From: a virus | Lineage: Duplodnaviria; Caudoviricetes | Reading direction: 5' to 3' (one strand) | Length of the DNA: 28,031 nucleotides | Virus record (IMG/VR): IMGVR_UViG_3300024310_000027 | Coordinates: 1 to 28,031 of that record | Shown: piece after piece, positions 23,704 through 28,031 of the stretch | How positions within the stretch are numbered: the stretch's first letter is position 1 | How the letters are laid out: each line of letters opens with the position of its first letter | Translations under genes and position numbers: made by a program | Notes under the pieces: generated by a model | Seen by the model: the letters and a program-made list of their open reading frames with translations, nothing else | Databases searched by the model: none | What the model was told of the DNA's origin: nothing

Positions 23704-23747
23704 GCTCAAAAGCTCCCGCCAGCAAGGCGGAATCATGGAGGCAAAAT

Positions 23748-24374
23748 ATGCCGCAAGCCCAAATAGATGTCGGCGGGGACGTTTCCAAAATTATGGTTGG
23801 AAGCGTTGCGCTTTACGTGGCTCCCGCCGGAACCTCACTACCACCGATGGATGGAACATATCCGATTGGTACATGGCCAGACGGATGGGTAGGTGTCGGA
23901 TACACCGACTCAGGCGTCGAACTTTCTTACTCGCCGTCTATCAAGGAAATCAAGGTAGACGAAGAAACAGCTCCCGTTCTGTTCGTTCTGGATGGTGAGA
24001 AGGCGGAAATCTCCGTGACCATTGCCCAGGCAACGCTGGACAAGCTCAACACGGCGATCTCGGCTTCCATCTACGCCAGCCACGCAGCCACGATGTCCAA
24101 AGGCAAATACACCGAACTTAAGGTTGGTTCCGGTGCTTTGACTGAAGTGATGATCGGCTTCGAAGGCTACGCGCCTCCGGATGATCCGACCGGAGATCTG
24201 CTTCCTGCAGTAGCGGTCGGCTATCGCGCAATGGCTTCTGGCAACGTGAAGTTGGCCTTCAAGCGTTCCGATAAGCAGATGTTCCAGACCACGTTCGGAT
24301 TGTTGGCCGACAGCACGCAGCCGGTTGGCGAGCGCCTGTTCAAGATGATCCAGATCGTCGCTCCCCACTCGTAA
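23748..24374 (+). CDS. Major tail tube protein
   Basis: GGAGG RBS; LYVAP.GT..P...W..VGYT..GVE.SY; size and position. Confidence 0.85.
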   Translation: MPQAQIDVGGDVSKIMVGSVALYVAPAGTSLPPMDGTYPIGTWPDGWVGVGYTDSGVELSYSPSIKEIKVDEETAPVLFVLDGEKAEISVTIAQATLDKLNTAISASIYASHAATMSKGKYTELKVGSGALTEVMIGFEGYAPPDDPTGDLLPAVAVGYRAMASGNVKLAFKRSDKQMFQTTFGLLADSTQPVGERLFKMIQIVAPHS

Positions 24375-24426
24375 GAGCTAGCGCCGGGTGGAACACCATC
24401 CGGCGCATATTTTCATTGGAGATTTA

Positions 24427-24864
24427 ATGCAGGAACGTTCAGAAGACCATATTTTCGCGCACCGGCTTGATTTGCAGGTCGAGAAGAATGTTATCAAAGC
24501 GACAGTACTTCCAAGCGGTAAATCAGCAGACTGGCGCGAAAAGTATTTTGTGGCAGTCAAGAATCTGATGGAAGGGTCGGCGGAAGTGATCACCGCCGAC
24601 GAGGAATTCTTTTCGATCGCTGGGAGGGTCATCCTCTCCGACCCTCAGAAGATGGTTGAGTTGATGTACGAATACGACACCAACATCCCGAAGGACTTCT
24701 TTGCGGAAGCGACAGACGAAGAGATTGAACTCAACTTCGCGCGCATCTGCAAAGTCGCTTTCCCTTCGAAGGGCCTGCTCAAGATAGTGATGGAGCGTTT
24801 GGGGACATCGCTGCCACTAGCTTTGGCACAGTTTTCGAAGTTGCACTCTCCGAATGGGGCTTAA
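24427..24864 (+). CDS. Tail assembly chaperone (gpG-like)
   Basis: GGAG RBS before ATG 24427; acidic helical protein between tail tube and tape measure. Confidence 0.75.
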   Translation: MQERSEDHIFAHRLDLQVEKNVIKATVLPSGKSADWREKYFVAVKNLMEGSAEVITADEEFFSIAGRVILSDPQKMVELMYEYDTNIPKDFFAEATDEEIELNFARICKVAFPSKGLLKIVMERLGTSLPLALAQFSKLHSPNGA

Positions 24865-25091
24865 CGCCTAAATACATTCGCGAAGAATGCACCGATGAAG
24901 AGCTGGCCCTTCTGTTCAAGTCCCGAACTAAACGGATAAAGAGGCAACGTAATCCAGAGAGTGCTTCAACTCTCCGTCGAGTATCACCGCAAGAACTCTA
25001 CAGCAAGTCGTCATTTATGTCGGTGAGGGGCGTCCCCGTTCGGGGACTGTCCGGCATCCGCCCGCAGACAGTTACTAGGAAACCAAACTAG
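24759..25091 (+). CDS. -1 frame extension of the tail chaperone (gpGT-like)
   Basis: -1 frame open from 24729 to 25091 (EWGLTPKYIREECTDEELALL); slippery T TTC CCT at 24759 or T TTG GGG at 24798. Confidence 0.7.
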   Translation, partial: FPFEGPAQDSDGAFGDIAATSFGTVFEVALSEWGLTPKYIREECTDEELALLFKSRTKRIKRQRNPESASTLRRVSPQELYSKSSFMSVRGVPVRGLSGIRPQTVTRKPN

Positions 25092-27689
25092 ATGCCAATC
25101 ACAGTATTCGATGCGGTCGGAAAATTCTCAGCGGATACCCGCAACCTGGACGAGTTCGTAACTAAGCTCGACCGGGCACTTCCCGACGCATCACAAAAAT
25201 CAGCCGTCGCGACGAAAGTCCTAAAAGATGCGCAGGACAATCTCCGCACCTCTTTGAAGGCTTTGCGCCAAGAGGGCGGTGACACGGCTGACAACTGGAA
25301 CAAAGTTGCTGCAGCTAATCGGCAAGTAGCGATCGCAGCCGCGGCTAATAAGCAAGCGAACGACGAACTAAACAAGTCCATCGGCAACGTCAAAGAGTCT
25401 TCGCGTGAAGCGAAGGGTGAAGCCGCATTGCTTGGGGATATGTTCGGCATCACCTTGCCTCGGCATGTGCGTAACTTCATTGCCGAGATGCCCGGAATAC
25501 AGACTGCGCTGAAAGGTGCATTCGCCGCGACGGCCGTTTACTTCCTCATCGAAGCAATGACGGAGATTCCGGAAAAGATCAAGGCGATAACCTCAGATCT
25601 TGCCGGATGGACTAAAGAGGCGCAGGCCGCTTACGAAGCGCAGAAGAAACTGAACGAGCAACTCCTTGAGGCGTCAGACAAGCGCGAGGAAGCCAAGGCG
25701 CGCGAGAAGGAGCGCGGTCTCGACGGAGTACGTCTCACTCAGCAGCAACTGAACGACGATAAGGAAATCAATAAGTTGCAGCAAGACCGCATAAAGCAAG
25801 CCGGTTTAAGGCTTGGCCAGTTGCTGCAGGAAAAGACAGACAACGACAAGGTCTTAGAAGGCTGGGGCGCTGCGACCGTCGCAGAGGCGTTCTATCTGAC
25901 GGCACGGAAAGAGAAGAGCGCTGAACTCCAAAAAGAAATAGATGCTCAACAAGCTCGTATCCTTTCGTTAGCAAAGAGTCGCGGAGACAATGATCAGCAG
26001 CAAGCGGACAGGGCTTCCCAACTCGCACACCAAACGACCGCCGATTACATCGCGCAGGAAACAGCGAAGACCGAAGCAAAGAGAATTCAGGATAATGCGC
26101 AGCTGGAGTTTGACCTAGCGCTATATCGCGCGCAGGTTGCAGAGGGAATTCTAACTAATCAGCAGCTGCTTGAGGATGAGCAGAAGGCCAATGAGCAACG
26201 TTACCAAAACGATCTAAAGGCCGCGCAGGATCGCGCAGAACTTCTCCAGAAAGACCCCACAAAAAACCGCGATGCGATCACTGCGCTAAACGCTCAGATT
26301 GAAACGATGCAGCGCGAGCATGGCGCATTGATGCTTGCGCTCGAAACCGAGTACACCGAAGAACACAAGAGACTTCAGGCGCTACAGACCGACCCCGCAC
26401 TGGTTGGCGAACTGGCGGCTTTTAATGCGCAAATAGAGCAGGCAGAGCAGTTACACAACGGCAAGATGTTGAAGTTAGCCGTGGATGGGCTGCAGGCAAT
26501 CGCAGCAACCAAGCAGCAGATCCAAGAGCAGATAGACAAAGGCGATTTCTCAAAGCCAATCAAAGAGACAATCACCCTAAGCGTCAGCGATCAGCAGCTA
26601 GTCGACGCGATGGCCATCCTCTCTAAGCTGGGAGACGAGGCCGTAGGAGCCGCCAAGAAGGCTGGAGACGCGCAAGCCGCTTATGACGGCCTTGTCGCAA
26701 CGATTAAATCTGGAAGCCAAGAAGCTCTTGGTTCACAGCGACTGCTTAATGATTCCGTCGACGACTTCAAAACCCGTCTCAAATCGATTGGCGGCGACAC
26801 CACGCTGCTCCTTGGATTGCGTGACGTAATTCAGGAAGAGATTGCAGCGACCGAAGCCTGGGGCGGATCCACCGACAAATTAGAAGAGAAGCTAAGAGCG
26901 GTTCGTCAGCAACTCGCAGGGCAGATACCTCAATACGTTCGGGTATCGCAACTCCTCAAACAACTCACTCCGGAGATGCGTGCCTATGAGACAGAACTTG
27001 AACGCTCTGGTTCAAAGAGCAGGGCATGGGGCGCTGCTGTCGGAGCCGGTATCGCCGATGCGGCGAGCGCGTATGCACAGGGCGCGGTAACGATTGAGGG
27101 CGCACTGGCTAGAATCGCCGCGGCACAATTGCAAGCCATTGCAAGCATCGCGTATGCGAAAGGAACAGAACAACTCGCAGAAGCGTTCGGTTCTTGGCCT
27201 GACTTCGCCGCGATGGCTCACCACTTCGCTTCCGCTGGACTGTGGTTTGGCCTGGGTGGCGCTCTGTCGTTCGGTGCCTCCAAGCTAAACGGCGGGGGCG
27301 GTGCGGGTGGAGGCAATGGAACCTCTGGCGCGCCGGCAGGAACTCAGCCTATTGCCACCCAGGGAGCTGCAGGACAAGCCGAAGCGGCCCCCGCGCAAAT
27401 CACCAACGTTCAGCACTTCGCGACCGGAGCTCTGTTTACAGGGCGGACGATGGCGATGCTTGGAGATGCGATTGGCGGCGGAGACGCGATGGAAGCGGCG
27501 TACCCATTGGAAGGACCAACCGCCGACCTCGTAGCCGAAAAGATAACCGCAAAGCTTCCTCCTCCGATAGTGCATGTCCACATTGAAGGTCACACGCTCC
27601 CACACTTCATTAGGGCAATCAATCATGAGGTGGAAAAGGGTCACAAGCTTGTCTCTTCTGAAACTCGTTCTGTGCGGAGGAAGAGCTAA
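25092..27689 (+). CDS. Tape measure protein
   Basis: 865-aa Ala/Gln/Glu/Lys-rich helical protein with hydrophobic segments, following the chaperone genes. Confidence 0.92.
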   Translation: MPITVFDAVGKFSADTRNLDEFVTKLDRALPDASQKSAVATKVLKDAQDNLRTSLKALRQEGGDTADNWNKVAAANRQVAIAAAANKQANDELNKSIGNVKESSREAKGEAALLGDMFGITLPRHVRNFIAEMPGIQTALKGAFAATAVYFLIEAMTEIPEKIKAITSDLAGWTKEAQAAYEAQKKLNEQLLEASDKREEAKAREKERGLDGVRLTQQQLNDDKEINKLQQDRIKQAGLRLGQLLQEKTDNDKVLEGWGAATVAEAFYLTARKEKSAELQKEIDAQQARILSLAKSRGDNDQQQADRASQLAHQTTADYIAQETAKTEAKRIQDNAQLEFDLALYRAQVAEGILTNQQLLEDEQKANEQRYQNDLKAAQDRAELLQKDPTKNRDAITALNAQIETMQREHGALMLALETEYTEEHKRLQALQTDPALVGELAAFNAQIEQAEQLHNGKMLKLAVDGLQAIAATKQQIQEQIDKGDFSKPIKETITLSVSDQQLVDAMAILSKLGDEAVGAAKKAGDAQAAYDGLVATIKSGSQEALGSQRLLNDSVDDFKTRLKSIGGDTTLLLGLRDVIQEEIAATEAWGGSTDKLEEKLRAVRQQLAGQIPQYVRVSQLLKQLTPEMRAYETELERSGSKSRAWGAAVGAGIADAASAYAQGAVTIEGALARIAAAQLQAIASIAYAKGTEQLAEAFGSWPDFAAMAHHFASAGLWFGLGGALSFGASKLNGGGGAGGGNGTSGAPAGTQPIATQGAAGQAEAAPAQITNVQHFATGALFTGRTMAMLGDAIGGGDAMEAAYPLEGPTADLVAEKITAKLPPPIVHVHIEGHTLPHFIRAINHEVEKGHKLVSSETRSVRRKS

Positions 27690-28031
27690 ATGAAAGTTCC
27701 AAAGTTCGCATGGAATGACGGGTCTCCACACACCTTCACACCGAGTTACCCAGCAACGAGCAAGACACCTATTGCAACTCGTTCTGCATTGCGGCATGAC
27801 GATTTCACGGGCGATGGAACCGGGCAATGGATAACCGACAGGGTCGACAAGTTTCTCACGCTGCCGTTCAACTTCGTTCCGCCGGATGACGTAGCCGACT
27901 GGGAAGCGTTCATCGATTACGCGATCGAGGGAAAGGTGTTCACCTACTACCCCGACAGCACAGACTCCGGAACGCACACCGATTACACATTGGAAGATCA
28001 GGACTGGAAGCCTCAGTTCCTGTTCGCAACT
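27690..28031 (+). CDS. Putative distal tail protein, truncated by the window edge
   Basis: GGAGG RBS; ATG 27690 open to the end (MKVPKFAWNDG...FTYYPD); function inferred from position. Confidence 0.65.
   Translation, partial: MKVPKFAWNDGSPHTFTPSYPATSKTPIATRSALRHDDFTGDGTGQWITDRVDKFLTLPFNFVPPDDVADWEAFIDYAIEGKVFTYYPDSTDSGTHTDYTLEDQDWKPQFLFAT

Larger units (their letters stand above)
1..28031 (+). mobile_element. Part of a siphovirus-type (HK97-like head) phage or prophage genome
   Basis: Co-oriented, tightly coupled genes in canonical order: early/replication, accessory, HNH-TerS-TerL-portal-protease-capsid-neck-tail tube-chaperone-tape measure. No host housekeeping genes. Confidence 0.97.

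Noticed and set aside
44-27977. Minus-strand ORFs (e.g. 3918-4436, 19851-20552, 27285-27977) and other off-frame plus-strand ORFs (e.g. 19331-19579, 21244-21603)
   Set aside because: They shadow well-supported genes or span terminators and show no recognisable motifs.
1-28031. Diversity-generating retroelement, retron, restriction-modification pair or intron/intein
   Set aside because: No reverse transcriptase motifs, no long near-identical repeat pair, no evident cognate restriction enzyme, and TerL and capsid are uninterrupted and of normal length.

Overview
The window is a contiguous, entirely plus-strand part of a tailed dsDNA phage or prophage with an HK97-like head and a long non-contractile tail. 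No integrase, repressor, lysis genes or att site are visible, so lifestyle cannot be settled. Order: early promoter and small HTH/zinc-finger genes (1-2.7 kb); Sak4-like ATPase, GIY-YIG nuclease, DUF1376-type replication initiator with internal iteron-like repeats, and RusA (2.9-7.4 kb); a mosaic accessory block with a C5 cytosine methyltransferase, ASCH, HNH, two DUF551-like proteins and many small ORFs (7.4-13.3 kb); terminase-associated HNH, putative cos, TerS, TerL, portal, ClpP-type protease, major capsid, neck genes, tail tube, frameshifted tail chaperone, tape measure and the start of a distal tail gene (14.0-28.0 kb). Most notable: (i) a diverged ~66-bp element (CTCTCCTCGCCTGCG-N35/36-GCCAGAAA) at the 3' ends of four accessory genes from three unrelated families, whose 5' half is complementary to the next gene's ribosome-binding site in two cases; (ii) a methyltransferase whose motif IX is encoded by a nested gene in another frame; (iii) a candidate -1 frameshift joining an HNH nuclease to a zinc finger; (iv) several strongly base-paired intergenic regions. 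Family assignments come from motif recognition by eye; no database searches were run.
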